Positions 12,747 to 26,238 of a stretch of DNA of 64,000 bases are shown in pieces. Position 1 is the stretch's first letter, and each line of letters starts with the position of its first letter. This stretch comes from the human T2T-CHM13v2.0 reference genome, Homo sapiens. The notes under the pieces were generated by a model that worked only from the letters and a program-made list of their open reading frames with translations, made no database searches and had not been told where the DNA came from. The stretch is taken from NCBI RefSeq assembly GCF_009914755.1, contig NC_060942.1; one strand, written 5' to 3'. The position numbers and the translations under genes were made by a program.

Positions 12747-13740
12747 TAATTAAACTAAAGAGCTTCTGCACAGCAAAAGAAACTACCGTCAGAGTGAACA
12801 GGCAACCTACAGAATGGGAGAAAATTTTTGCAATGTACTCATCTGACAAAGGGCTAATATCCAGAATCTACAATGAACTCCAACAAATTTACAGGAAAAA
12901 AGCAAACAACCCCATCAAAAACTGGGTGAAGGATATGAACAGACGCTTCTCAAAAGAAGACATTTGTGCAGCCAAAGGACACATGAAAAAATGCTCACCA
13001 TCACTGGCCATCAGAGAAATGCAAATCAAAACCACAATGAGATACCATCTCACACCAGTTAGAAGGGTGATCATTAAAAAGTCAGGAAACAACAGGTGCT
13101 GGAGAGGATGTGGAGAAATAGGAACACTTTTACACTGTTGGTGGGACTGTAAACTAGTTCAACCATTGTGGAAGTCAGTGTTGTGATTCCTCAGGGATCT
13201 AGAACTAGAAATACCATTAGACCCAGCAATCCCATTACTGGGTATATACCCAAAGGATTATAAATCATGCTGCTATAAAGACACATGCACACAAATGTTT
13301 ATTGTGGCACTATTCACAATAGCAAAGACTTGGAACCAACCCAAATGTCCATCAATGATAGACTGGATTAAGAAAATGTGGCACATATACACCATGGAAT
13401 ACTATGCAGCCATAAAAAATGATGAGTTCATGTCCTTTGTAGGGACATGGATGAAGCTGGAAGCCATCATTCTCAGCAAACTATCGCAAGGACAAAAAAC
13501 CAAACATCGCATGTTCTGACTCATAGGTGGGAATTGAACAATGAGAACACATGGACACAAGAAGGGGAACATCACACACTGGGGCCTGTGATGGGGTGGG
13601 GGGAGGGATAGCATTAGGAGATATACCTAATGTTAAATGACGAGTTACTGGGTGCAGCACACCAACATGGCACATGTATACATATGTAACTAACCTGCAC
13701 GTTGTGCACATGTACCCTAAAACTCAAAGTATAAAAAAAA
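12747..13740 (+). mobile_element. 5'-truncated L1PA3-like element (~1 kb)
   Basis: ORF2 C-terminus (ORFs 12686-13186, 13295-13519), 3' UTR, poly(A), TSD aaaagaac at 12739-12746 and 13740-13747. Confidence 0.95.
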
Positions 13741-13927
13741 AAAGAACATCCATTGATTTTCTCATGAGTCTTTGGGTGAGGACTTCGAACAGGGCAAAGA
13801 AGGTCACTCTCTCAGCTATATGACTTCAGACCTCAGCTGGATGGTTCAAATGCCTGGAAGCTAAATGGAGGTTTCGACTGGGGTCATATTTCCAGGAACT
13901 TGATTCTGGCTGTCTCACATCTTAGAT

Positions 13928-14026
13928 TTCTCAGTTATTCTCCACATATGATCTTTGCATTTCTCAATTCTTCTTCACACACGATCTTTGCATTTCTTAA
14001 TTCTTCTCCATTTGTGATCTTTCCAC
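13928..14026. repeat. 33-bp tandem repeat, 3 diverged copies
   Basis: ttctcagttattctccacatatgatctttgcat / ttctcaattcttcttcacacacgatctttgcat / ttcttaattcttctccatttgtgatctttccac. Confidence 0.9.
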
Positions 14027-14797
14027 AGGGTGAACGTGGTCTTCCTTACAATATGGGGGTCTCTAGGGATTTGGATTTCTTACATTGTAGAAGACATCTC
14101 CTCAGAAGAAAGCAGACAGGCTTCTTAAAGGGTAAGCCTAGAACTACAAGATTATAATTTCTAATGCTTTGTATTAGTAGAGGCAAGTCAAAGGGCAGAC
14201 TAAGGTTAAGGGGGAATACACAAACTCCACATGCGGGGAGGGAAGAAGGGGAAAATGGCCATCTTTGGAGACTGTCTAGCAGAGACATGTAATACATTTA
14301 GATACTGCTTTAGCAATTGAATTCCAGCTTCAGAACAAATGCTGCTTATCATCTATTGATCAGTTTTTAGTGTTTGTATGAATTTAGAGTCTCATTTCCA
14401 ATTTCCTATATATTTATGTACTATTATTTACTTATTTACTTCTTTTCACTTTCCAAACGTATACCTGGATCGGCATAAATGGCTGAAAATTAAAAGCCCA
14501 GCATTAGGCTTTGGAAGCACTCAGCACTCTCAAACTGTTTTACAAGTATTAACAGGAGAAATGCATAAACTGCCATATACCTCCTGCTCACCAAGATGAT
14601 CTGACTTTTCCTAGATAACTAAAAAAGCTACTTTAGTGCTTTAGTGCATTTTTGTTAACACAGATCAAGACACTAAGAAACCTAGACATTCAGGGTTACC
14701 CAGTTCTATTGGTGATATAATGAGAAGTTCAAGGTTATGTGTCTAAAAGTGCTCATATTGTCGAGTACTTCACACTTTTCTTTCATAATCACTTAAG

Positions 14798-14940
14798 AGA
14801 TCTCAGAAATTTTCAAAATGCCCAAGATTTCATGTAAATGTGTTCTGTATTCCAGAAAAACTTTCTTTAACAGTACAGACAATGAGCTCGATAGAGTGCT
14901 CAGGCCAGAGGTAGCTGACCTCTGTTTTACGTCATATTCA
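14798..14940 (+). pseudogene. Pseudo-exon L: C-terminal half of RA domain
   Basis: Phase-2 start matches exon K. Reads DLRNFQNAQDF, frameshift, KCVLYSRKTFFNSTDNELDRVLRPEVADLCFTSYS (ELDRVLRPE resembles RA ER.L.P.E). Donor GTATGA at 14941. Confidence 0.6.
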
Positions 14941-14949
14941 GTATGAACT

Positions 14950-15750
14950 CTGGTTCAGTTAAGATTTAGTTCAGCTGTAAATAACAGAAAACTCAACCAA
15001 GAATGGCTGAAACAATTAAAGGACCCGTTTTCTTCTATAAAACTAACAAAAAGTTTTGTAGGTTTGCAGGTCAGGGCTCAGCAAAGTAACAATGCTACCA
15101 GGGACCTGGACTCTCTCTTTTTGCCCTGCCCTCCTGACCTTGTGGCCCTCGTCCTCTGTCTTAGTCTGTTTAAGCTACTGTAAGAGAATGCCATAGACTG
15201 ACTGGCTTATAAACAAGAGGAATTTATTTCTCACAGTTCTGGAGGCTGGGAAGTCTGGCTTATAGACAGCTGGTTTCTAACCATGTCCTCATGTGGTGGA
15301 CGAACAAGGGAACTCTTGAAGATCTCTACTATAAGAGCACTAATCACTTTCCGAAGATTGTACCTTTGAATACCATCATCTTTGGAGTTTTATGTCTTCA
15401 CATACGAATTGTGGGAGGATGCACACATTCAATCTAGGGCATCGTCCTAGTCACATAATGAATGCTACACCTTTAGAAGTTGTTCACCCACTTCAAACAG
15501 AAAATTTTTTTGAAAATGCTTAATACCTTTTGCTGTGAGTCTTTGTATCTTTGACAGGAAAGGTAGCCAACCCCAGAAACCTCCCCTTAAAGCGGTTCAG
15601 CCAGGTACATTTCACATAACCACTTCTGTTTGGAAAAGGAGTCTAAAAAGCTGTTTGATTTAGTTTTATAATTTCTATGATAAGTGAAGGCAAGGGGAAG
15701 GGGCTTTGAATGGGTTCTGTGATCTAGTCTGCAGGATATGCTACTCTATT
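14950..15750 (-). mobile_element. MLT1J-like LTR with nested MLT1A LTR (15157-15441)
   Basis: ttcagctgtaaataacagaaaactcaacc start; nested tgtcttagtctgttt..ccatagactg..ctcacagttctggaggctgggaagtc..cacattcaatctagggca. Confidence 0.75.
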
Positions 15751-15899
15751 CTTCAGATTCTTGTTATTCCATGCAATTGACAGAGAAAGTTTCCAGTAGT
15801 GAGGATGAATCTTGATGTATATGTTTATGCTTGTTATAAAATTGGAGCAGGAAAACATAGATTTAAGTTGTCACTCAGCTATTGCGAAGGTGACTGACC

Positions 15900-16233
15900 T
15901 TAGACATATTGCTATTTATATCATATCATCCAACCTGCCATTTATAGATCAGATAGGAAGATATCAAAGGAAGAAACAAAGAGGAATAGGTACCTCTTCG
16001 TAAGGAAATGAAATGTTCCCATTTTCACTGCATATGATAAGAAATTGAGAAAACAGATACAGGTTTCCACTCACACCTCACTGGTCTGAATTGTGGAACA
16101 TAACCAGAACTGCAAAGATAACTGGGAAATTAAGTCTTATTTTGCTAAAATCATTACCACGGTAACCAATTATTTCAAGAAAGGAAGGAGGAGAAAATGG
16201 ATTGTGAGTATTCAGCTTGCTGTATCTATCACA
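15900..16233 (-). mobile_element. MLT1J-like LTR fragment
   Basis: ..actgggaaattaagtct..aaggaaggaggagaaaatggatt..tctatcaca. Confidence 0.5.
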
Positions 16234-16269
16234 TCTACATTTGGGTATGTGTAGGTATGGTGAGGATCA

Positions 16270-16880
16270 AATATTCATTGACTCTTTAAATCATTGTTCA
16301 TACCTATGTATGGATTTCCTGCAACAAGAGTGTTTTGTATATACTTGAAACTGCAATTATCAAGAGAAATGAAACATTCCATTGTGGTACTTACATTACA
16401 GTAAGGAAAGAGACAGCAAAAATGTAGGCAAAAATGTGTAATGTAAATCAGATAATGATGAGTGCTACAAGAAAAAAAAGGCTGAATGATAAACTAGAGA
16501 AACTCTGGAGGTGGAATTGGGCTTTCATTTAAATGAGATTGGTTGGAAGACCTCTCTGAAAGAGTGTATATGACCAACACTTAATATATGAGTAGGACCC
16601 AGAAACGCCAAAAATCAAGAAAAAATCATACGAGTATTGAGCAGAACTCTGGAGGAAAAAGCCCCTACAAATTGGCTTACCATGTGGGAGCTGAAAGAGG
16701 GCATGGTAAATGAGATGGTTAGGGTACCATATGGGATTAGAGATTTCTGCTGACTCAGGCATTGTGCTTTCTTGCATGCCATGATAGGAACTTTGGATTT
16801 TATCCTCATAGTAATAGGCATCAGTGGGGCACTTGAAAGAGGAAAACAATGTGTGATTTTTATTGGTAGAAACTAGATTG
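16270..16880 (-). mobile_element. L2
   Basis: Antisense L2 motifs (ggaagacctctctgaa, gccatgataggaactttggattttatcc). Confidence 0.7.
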
Positions 16881-17179
16881 TTGATGAGATTAGAGTCAAA
16901 TCTTATGTTACATATTTTATATATGCTTAGTATTCAAATAAGAATTAATTTTTTCCAGCGACTTTTCCAAATGTTATATTGAAGTCAAATCAAAAATACA
17001 TTACAAAGCACTAATACTGTTGCCCATCAAATTTGGAAGTACTATTAGAGATAATTGATTGCTGTTATGTAACCTTAAGATTTGCTGAAAATATCAGCAA
17101 AACAAAGTAGTAAAAGCAGCATAATTAAGTTGCCCAGATAGGCATTTTGTGCAAAGTATGCAGACAGCACATGGTCCAT

Positions 17180-18170
17180 TACTGTTCATTGATATTCAGC
17201 TCATGTATACACTTCTATAAACTTCCTGGGTCTGCACACTTACTCATATACACTTACTCATATAGTATGGCTGTATGCATAGTATGGCTGTAGCCCACCC
17301 CCGCCACATCCCCGAATCTCAACTTGAATTGTATCTCCCAGAATTCCCACGTGCTGTGGGAGGGACCCAGGGAGAGGTAATTGAGTCATGCGGGCCGGTC
17401 TTTCCCATACTATTCTTATGATAGTGAGTAAGTCTCATGAAATCTGATGGGTTTATCAGGGGTTTCCACTTTTGCTTCTTCCTCATTTTTATCTTGCTGC
17501 CACCATGTAAGAAGTGACTTTTGCCTCCTGCCATGATTCTGAGGCCTCCCCAGACATGTGGAACTATAAGCCAATTAAACCTCTTTTTCTTTCCAGTTTC
17601 AGGTATGTCTTTGTCAGCAGCATGAAAACTGACTAAGACACTTACAAATTACATTTCCAGGTTTCCTTGACAACTGAGTGATGGTTAAGCTCTCACTGAA
17701 GATCTGCACATGAAATTTGAGGTGAGAAGAAGGTCGAGGCCACTCTAATTCCACAGACGGCTTTAGCATCTTCTCCAGTTGCTGCTGAGCTTGTGTTTCA
17801 TCATGAAGGTGGTGGTCCTATCAGGAGACGTGCTGACTCCATAGTTCCTGCAGCATTAATTAATAACATCAGGCATCAGGAGCCCTGGCGTTCACTGAGA
17901 ACCAATAGTGTCAGTTCATGTGTGTGTGTATATGTGTGTGTCTATTGCATTTGCAGCAAAGGTAGGTTCATAAAGACGGACTTACTGAAATCTGAAAGAA
18001 AGTTCCTTCCTTAGCTAAGGAGCTAAAATGGAATCAGATCCCTGAGAGTCACAAATGGTTCCTTTTTGCTTTTCTGACTCTACTAACTTTTTGTAACCTA
18101 TTTCTTCTAAAAAATCCACCTGCAATCCTAAAAATGATTTCTGTTTTCATAACAAGATCCTGATTCATAG
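17180..18170 (+). mobile_element. LTR33/LTR16-like ERVL LTR interrupted by THE1A
   Basis: attacatttccaggtttccttg.. and 3' end gatttctgttttcat..cctgattcata; degenerate. Confidence 0.45.
17258..17640 (+). mobile_element. THE1A solo LTR
   Basis: cttgaattgtatctcccagaattcccacg..ggggtttccacttttgcttc; 5-bp TSD cttac at 17253-17257 and 17641-17645. Confidence 0.92.
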
Positions 18171-18449
18171 AAGTCATAACAGCTCACATTGTAATAATGT
18201 TGCATATATACCAATACATACTTAATCACAATCAGAAAATCTGCACCATAGAAATAGGCAGATTTTGAAATACATAATTTTTAACCAGATTGTCTATTTG
18301 AAAATAATATACATAGGAACTGAAGTTCTCCTCAGAATTTTTTAGGTTAAAATATAAAATAAATTTTAAATATAAAAGATGAGATATGAATGCCTACAGC
18401 TTCAAAGAGCTAGATTTTTATTTCAATGATTTTTTATCTATAGATTATG

Positions 18450-19480
18450 TTCTATTAGATTCACTTTCCTCTTATTATTATTACCTTGTTTCTAGTACTC
18501 TCATTGATTTAAATTTAGATAATTGATTTACAGCTTTCATGATTTTTAAATTAAGCACTTAAAGCTATAAATTTATCTCTAAACACTGCTTTAGCTGCAT
18601 CCTACATATTTTGAAATGTTGTGTTTTATTGTAAGGTTAAAATATTTTCTAATATCTTTTGTTTCTTATTTGATGGATGAAATGTAAACATATGCTGCTT
18701 AAGGTTCAAGTACTTGAGGGATATTTTTGATATCTTTTTCTTACTAATTTTTAATTTAATTCCATTATAATCAAATGAAAAACTAAAAATATTTGAAAAT
18801 CAAATAAAGCAATTTAGCATCTTAACTTGGTAAAGGACAACAGTGCCTGATCATCTCAATACATAAGGCATTGAGAAGTTTCAACTACCATTTTGATGAA
18901 AACAAAAACAAAAAATAAAAGTCTCTTACTAAAAAAGAATAGAAGGATTGTCATTAAGTTAATAATTAAATTATTCAAAGGAACCTACATCTAACATCTC
19001 ATTTATTGGTCAAAGAATGAACACATTTTTCTAAGCAGTGACGGGAAAGTGAGGTTCACTCTCATTACTGCTATTCAATATTGTGATGGAGGTCCTAGCT
19101 AGTGCAACAGGTTGGAGAAAGAACATAAAGTGCACACATAGAAAGAAGAAACTATAAGTGTTTTATTTGCAAATTACTTGATTATATACATAGAACATCT
19201 TAATGAATAAATGAAAATGAAGAAGTATAAAAGTAACAAGTGAATTTAGCAAGGCCTTGGGAAACGAGGCAAATATACACAAACACAAGCAATGAAAAAT
19301 TGAAGTACAAAATTTTAAAATTTATATTTGAATAGCAAGTTAATTATTAAATATTTAGAGATTAGTTTAAGAAAATATGTGCATGGCCAGTACACAGACT
19401 CAAAAATGCCTAAAGAAAACAAGAACTCAATAAAAAAAATCATGCTCATAGATTAAAAGGCTCAGTATTATTAAGAAATT
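18450..19480. mobile_element. Old L1M ORF2 fragments (antisense 18450-18790, sense 18800-19480)
   Basis: aaagctataaatttatctctaaacactgctttagctgcatcc (antisense); RT-region remnants (sense). Confidence 0.7.
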
Positions 19481-19842
19481 ATTATAGAACCATAAAAGAC
19501 CTCAAATGGACAAAACAATCTTGTGCAAAAGGAACAAAGCTATAGGCATCACACTATCTGATTTCAAAATATATTACAAAGTCATAGTAATCAAAACATG
19601 ATGGTGCTGGCATAAAATCAGACACATTGACCAATAGAATAAGATAGAGAGCCCAGAAATAAACTCATGCATTTGATCGAGTGATATTCAGCAAAAGCAA
19701 AGGTGCCATAAGCATACAGTAAGGAAAGCACTGCATCTTCAATAAATGTTGTAGGGAAAATTGGCTATTTATAAGGAGAAGAATAAATCCATAACTCATT
19801 TCAAATATATGAGTCAAACAGATCAAAAACTTAAATATAAGA

Positions 19843-22800
19843 CCACTGATCCACTGATCCCACAGAAATACAAACTACCATCCGAGAAAACTATAAATAC
19901 CTCTATGCAAATAAACTAGAAAATCTAGAAGAAATGATTAAATTCGTGGACACATACACTCTCCCAAGACTAAATCAGGAAGAAGTCGAATCCCTGAATA
20001 GACCAATAACAAATTCAGAAATTGAGGCAGCAATTAATAGCCTACCAACCAAAAAAAGTCCAGGACCACATGGATTCACAGCCGAATTCTACCAGAGGTA
20101 CAAAGAGGAGCTGGTACTATTCCTTCTGAAACTATCCCAAACAATAGAAAAAGTCAGAATCCTCTCTAACTCATTTTATGAGGCCAGCATCTTTCTTACA
20201 CCAAAACCTGGCAGAGACATGACAAAAAAAGAAAATTTCAGGCCAACATCCCTAATGAACAACGATGCAAAAATCCTCAATAAAATACTGGCAAACTGAA
20301 TCCAGCAGCACATCAGAAAGGTTATCCACCATGATCAAGTTGGCTACATCCCGGGGATGCAAGGCTGGATCAACATACAAAAATCAATAAATGTAATCCA
20401 TCACAGAAACAGAACCAATGACAAAAACCACAAGATTATCTCAATAGATGCAGAAAAGGCCTTCTACAAAATTAAACAGCCCTTCCTGCTAAAAACTCTC
20501 AGTAAACTAGCTATTGATAGAACGTATCTCAAAACAATAAGAGCTATTTATGACAAACACACAGCCAATATCATACTGAATGGGCAAAAACTGGAAGGCT
20601 TCCTTTTAAAAACCGGCACAAGACAAGGATGCCCTCCCTCACTACTCTTCTTAAACATAGTATTGGAAGTTCTGGCCAGGGCAATCAGGCAAGAGAAAGA
20701 AATAAAGGGTATTCAATTAAGAAAAGAGGAAGTCAAATTGTCTCTGTTTGCAGATGACATAATTGTATATTTAGAAAACCCCATTGTGTTAGCCCAAAAT
20801 ATCCTTAAGCTGATAAGCAATTTAAGCAGTCTCAGGACAGAAAATCAATGTGCAAAAATCACAAGCATTCCTATACACCAATAACAGACAAACAGAGCCA
20901 AATCATGAGTGAACTCACATTCACAATTGCTACAAAGAAAATAAAATACCTAGGAATACGACTTACAAGGGATGTGAAGGACCTCTTAAAGAAGAATTAC
21001 AAACCACTGCTCAAGGAGATAAAAGAGGACACAGAAAAAGGGAAAAACATTCCATGCTCATGGATGGGAAGAAACAATATTGTGAAAATGGTCATACTGC
21101 CCGAAGTAATTTATAGATTCAATGCTATCCCCATCAAGCTACCATTGACTCTCTTCACAGAATTGAAAAAACTACTTTAAATTTCGTATGGAACTAAAAA
21201 AGAACCTGCATAGCCGAAACAATCCTAAGCAAAAAGAACAAAGCTGTAGGCATCATGCTACCTGACTTCAAACTATACTGCAAGGCTACAGTAGTAAAAA
21301 CAGCATGGTACTGGTACTAAAACAGATATATAGACCAATGGAACAGAACAGAGGCCTCAGAAACAGCGCCACACATCTACAACCATCTGATCTTTGATAA
21401 ATCTGACAAAAACAAGCAATGGGGAAAGGATTCCCTATTTAATAAATGGTGTTGGGAAAACTGGCTAGCCATATGGAGAAAGCTGAAACTGGATCCCTTC
21501 CTCATACCTTATAAAAATACTAATTCTAACTGGTGTGAGATGGTATCTCATTGTGGTTTTGATTTGCATTTCTCTGATGGCCAGTGATGATGAGCATTTT
21601 TTCATGTGTCTGTTGGCTGCATAAATGTGTTCTTTTGAGAAGTGTCTGTTCATATACTTTGCCCACTTGTTGATGCGGTTGTTTGTTTTTTTCTTGTAAA
21701 TTTGTCTGAGTTCTTTGTAGATTCTGGATATTATCCCTTTGTCAGATGAGTAGATTGCAAAAATTTTCTCCCATTCTGTAGGTTGCCTGTTCACTCTGAT
21801 GGTAGTTTCTTTTGCTGTGCAGAAGCTGTTTAGTTTAATTAGATCCCATTTGTCAATTTTGGCTTTTGTTGCCATTGCTTTTGGTGTTTTAGACATGGAG
21901 TCCTTGCCCATGCCTATATCATTAAAAAGTCAGGAAACAACAGGTGCTGGAGAGGATGTGGAGAAATAGGAACACCTTTACACTGTTGGTGGGACTGTAA
22001 ACTAGTTCAACCATTGTGGAAGACAGTGTGGCGATTCCTCAGGGATCTAGAACTAGAAATATCATTTAACCCAGCCATCCCATTACTGGGTATATACCCA
22101 AAGGATTATAAATCATGCTGCTATAAAGACACATGCACACGTATGTTTATTGTGGCACTATTCACAATAGCAAAGACTTGGAAGCAACCCAAATGTCCAA
22201 CAATGATAGATTGGATTAAGAAAATGTGGCACATATACACCATGGAATACTATGCAGCCATAAAAATTGATGAGTTCATGTCTTTTGTAGGGACATGGAT
22301 GAAGCTGGAAACCATCATTCTCAGCAAACTATCACAAGGACAAAAAAGCAAACACTGCATGTTCTCACTTATAAGTGGGAATTGAATAATGAGAACACTT
22401 AGACACAGGAAGGGGAACATCACACACTGAGGACTGTTGTGGGGTGGGGGGAGTGGGGAGGGATAGCATTAGGAGATATACCTAATGTAAATGACGAGTT
22501 AATGGGTGCAGCACACCAACATGGCACATGTATACATATGTAGCAAACCTGCAGGTTGTGCACATGTACCCTAGAACTTAAAGTATAATGAAAAAAAAAT
22601 ATTGAAAAAAAACTGACTCAAGATGGATTAAAGACTTAAACCTAAGACCAAAAACCATAAAAATCCTAGACGAAAACCTAGGCAATACCATTCACAGCAT
22701 AGGCATGGGCAAAGACTTCATGGCTAAAACACCAAAAGCAATGACAACAAAAGCCAGAATTGACAAATGGCATCGAATTAAACTAAAGAGCTTCTGCACA

Positions 22801-23785
22801 GCAAAAGAAACCATCATCAGAGTGAACAGGCAACCCACAGAATGGCAGAAAAATTTTACAATCTATCCATCTGACAAAAGGGTAATATCCAGAACACACA
22901 AAGTATTTAAACAAATTTACAAGAAAAAAACAAACAACCTGACCAAAATGTGGGCAAAGTATACGAACAGACACTTCTCAAAAGAAGACATTTATGCAGC
23001 CAACAAATATATGGAAAAAACCTCATCATCACTGGTCATTAGAGAAATGCAAATTAAAAGCACAATGAGATACCATCTCATGCCAATTAGAATGACGATC
23101 ATTAAAAAGTCAGGAAACAACAGATGCTGGAGAGGATGTGGAGAAATAGGAACACTTTTACACTGTTGGTGGGAGTGTAAATTAGTTCAATCATTGTGGA
23201 AGACAGTGTGGTGATTCCCCAAGGATCTAGAACCAGAAATACAGTTTGACCCAGCAATCCCATTATTGGGCATATACCCAAAGGATTATAAATCATTCTA
23301 CTGTAAATAGACAGATGCACACGTATGTTTATTGTGGCACTGTTCACAATAGCAAAGACTTGGAACCAACCCAAATGCTCATCAGTGATATACTGGATAA
23401 AGAAAATGTGGCACATAAACACCATGGAATACCATGCAGCCATAAAAAATGATGAGTTCATGTCCTTTGCAGGGACATGGATGAAGCTGGAAAACATCAT
23501 TCTCAGCAAACTAACACAAGAACAGAAAACCAAACACTGTATGTTCTCACTCATAAGCTGGAGTTGAACAATGACAGCACATGGACACAGGGAGGGGGAC
23601 ATCACACACTGGGGCCTGTTGTGGGGTGGGGTGCTAGGGGAGGGATAGCATTAGGAGAAAAACCTAATGTAGATGACGGGTTGATGAGTGCAGCAAACCC
23701 CCATAGGATGTGTATACCTATGTAACAAACCTGCACATTCTGCACAGGTACCCCAGAACTTAAAGTATAAAAAAGAAAATAAAGG
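19843..23785 (+). mobile_element. 5'-truncated L1PA7-like element with disrupted ORF2 RT domain
   Basis: ORFs 19934-21180 (SLFADDII motif) and 22705-23567; 3' UTR cctaatgtagatgacgggttgatg; poly(A). Confidence 0.95.
21523..22605 (+). mobile_element. 5'-inverted (twin-primed) L1PA4-like element nested in L1PA7
   Basis: Antisense 21523-21917, sense 21918-22605 with poly(A); host ORF2 resumes at ~22613 (gactcaagatgg). Confidence 0.93.
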
Positions 23786-23828
23786 AAACTTAACTGTTTA
23801 TATCAGTAGTTAGAAACTGTATACATGA

Positions 23829-23991
23829 ACCAGGAATTGTGGCATACATCTGTAGTCCCAATTGCTTTGTAGGCTGAGGCAGAAGTATCGCTTGAGCCCA
23901 GGAGTTTGAGACTGCAGTGAGCTATGATTGCACTACTGCACTCCAGCCTGGGTGACAGAGGGAGACCTTGTCTTAAAAAACAAAAAAAAAA
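23829..23991 (+). mobile_element. FRAM / AluJ right monomer
   Basis: cgcttgagcccaggagtttgagactgcagtgagctatgattg; A tail. Confidence 0.85.
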
Positions 23992-24253
23992 CAACTTTAG
24001 AACTCTGAAATTTTTCCTCAGAAAAAAAAGAAAACGAAAATGAAAAAAAGAAACTGGGCAAATCACCTGACTAAACAAAACAAGACATACAAATAAATAG
24101 CCACCAGATATATAAAACTATGCTCAGCATCACTAATCATCAGGAAAATACAAATTAAAACCATGATATCACCTCAAGCTGCTAGAATAGTTACAATAAA
24201 AATGATCAGAGATAACAGGTGTCATGGAGGATGTGGAGAAAAAGGAATCCTCA

Positions 24254-24735
<482 letters not shown>

Positions 24736-25204
24736 TCATTGCAGCAGTAGTCACAAAAGCCAAGTTATAGAAACAACTTAAATGTTTATCAGCTGATAAA
24801 TGGATAAACAAAATGCGGTATAATGCACACTGGAATACTATTTTCTCTCAAAAAAGAAAAGCCTCTCACTTGGGACAACATACATGAATCTAGAGGACAT
24901 TATGCTGAGTGAAAGGAGCCGGGCACAGAAAGACTAATACCATGTGATCTCACTTATATGTGGAATCTAAAAAAGTCACATTCATAGAAGTAATTGAATG
25001 GTGGTTATCAGAAGCTAGAGCAGAATAGGTGGATGAAAATAGGAGAGATGTTAACCAAAGTGTACAAAGTTTCAGTTAGACAGGAGGAATATGTTCTATT
25101 GATCTATTGCACAACATGCTTACAGTTAATAATAACATATGGTGTATCTCAAAATTGCCAAAAGAATATATTTCTACTTCACAACATTGTGGAAGAGCTA
25201 TGTA

Positions 25205-25293
25205 TTGATGGCCATTACTTACAGTTGGGTTATGTCCAGATAAATCTGTCATACAAGAAGGATGTAACCCCATTCCAAGTCTATGAGCATCTG
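25205..25293. mobile_element. Miniature MER47/Tigger5 derivative (both TIRs)
   Basis: gatggccattacttacagttgggttatgtcc ... gatgtaaccccattccaagtctatgagcatctg, flanked by TA. Confidence 0.65.
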
Positions 25294-25299
25294 TACACT

Positions 25300-26085
25300 G
25301 GGGACAGATCTACTGGGTTGAATTTCTGACTCAAGTGCTAATGTTCTAAGTGACCTTGAGTCAATTAATTTTCCTTCCTATAACTCAGTTTCTTTAGCTA
25401 AAAAATAGGAATAAAATAGGGATGATGCCACTCTAATAGTTAATTTTATTTGTCACCTTGACTAGGTCACTGGGAGCCCAGATATCTGCCCAAACATTAG
25501 CTGCGTGTTTCTGTGAGGTTATTTTTTAAAGATGAGATGATCATTTAAATAAATAGAAGGAATAAAGCTAGTTCTCTCCCTAATGTGGGTTGGCCTCACC
25601 CAATCAATCGAAAGCCTGAATGAAACAAAAGTGGTGACCCTTCTCCAAGTAAGAGAGAATTCCTCCTGATTGCCTTCAAATTAGGAAATCAGTTGAAGTT
25701 CCTGCTTTCAGATGCAGACTGAGCGATCAGCTCCTCCTAGTCTAAAGCCTGCCAGGCTACTGAAAGAAACTACACCACTGGCTTTCTTGGTTCACAGGCC
25801 TTCAGATTGGGACTGGAAATAAACCACCAGGTCTTTGGGTCTCCAGCTTGCTGGCTCACCCCAATATTTTGGGATATACCTGGCTCCATAATTGCATGGA
25901 TCAATTCTTTATAATAGATCACATACACACATATACTCACCCTATTGGTTTGCTACTTTGGAGAACCATGACTCATACAACTACCTACCTACCTCATGTG
26001 TTTTTAGTTAGAAATAAATAAGCCAATACATAATAAAGATTTTAAACAACATCTGACAAAAGGTAAGAACTCAGTAAATGCTTTG
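25300..26085 (+). mobile_element. MIR split by an MLT2 LTR (25432-25979, + strand)
   Basis: MIR core before and after; MLT2 termini tagttaattttatttgtcaccttgac ... ggagaaccatgactcataca. Confidence 0.8.
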
Positions 26086-26238
26086 ATAGAACTTAAATAG
26101 TCATGTGTCACTATCTAAATGGTTCTCCTAATTTGGTTTGGAGAGAAGTTCCTACTTATAATTATGATCTAATAATTATCACATCCTAATATTTATGAAG
26201 CAAATTTTAGTCTACATTAACATTTATTTTCTTTACAG

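Larger units (their letters stand above)
12687..14287 (-). mobile_element. MLT1 (F/H-type) LTR split by an L1PA insertion
   Basis: Starts tcagttatctattgttgcattagcaaactaccccaaacttag; ends ggccatctttggagactgtctagc. Confidence 0.75.

Noticed and set aside
12686-13186. 166-aa ORF starting in an LTR
   Set aside because: Chance fusion of antisense MLT1 sequence with the L1 ORF2 C-terminus; no evidence of expression.
14460-14733. Possible additional pseudo-exon (INGRKLKAQH*ALEAL...)
   Set aside because: No AG acceptor, only 64 nt to the next exon, and exon K already joins 14798 in phase. Left unresolved.
22440-22465. G-quadruplex motif
   Set aside because: Standard L1PA 3' UTR G-tract.
19934-23567. 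Long ORFs resembling reverse transcriptase
   Set aside because: Fragmented L1 ORF2 from 5'-truncated elements; neither a host gene nor retrotransposition-competent.
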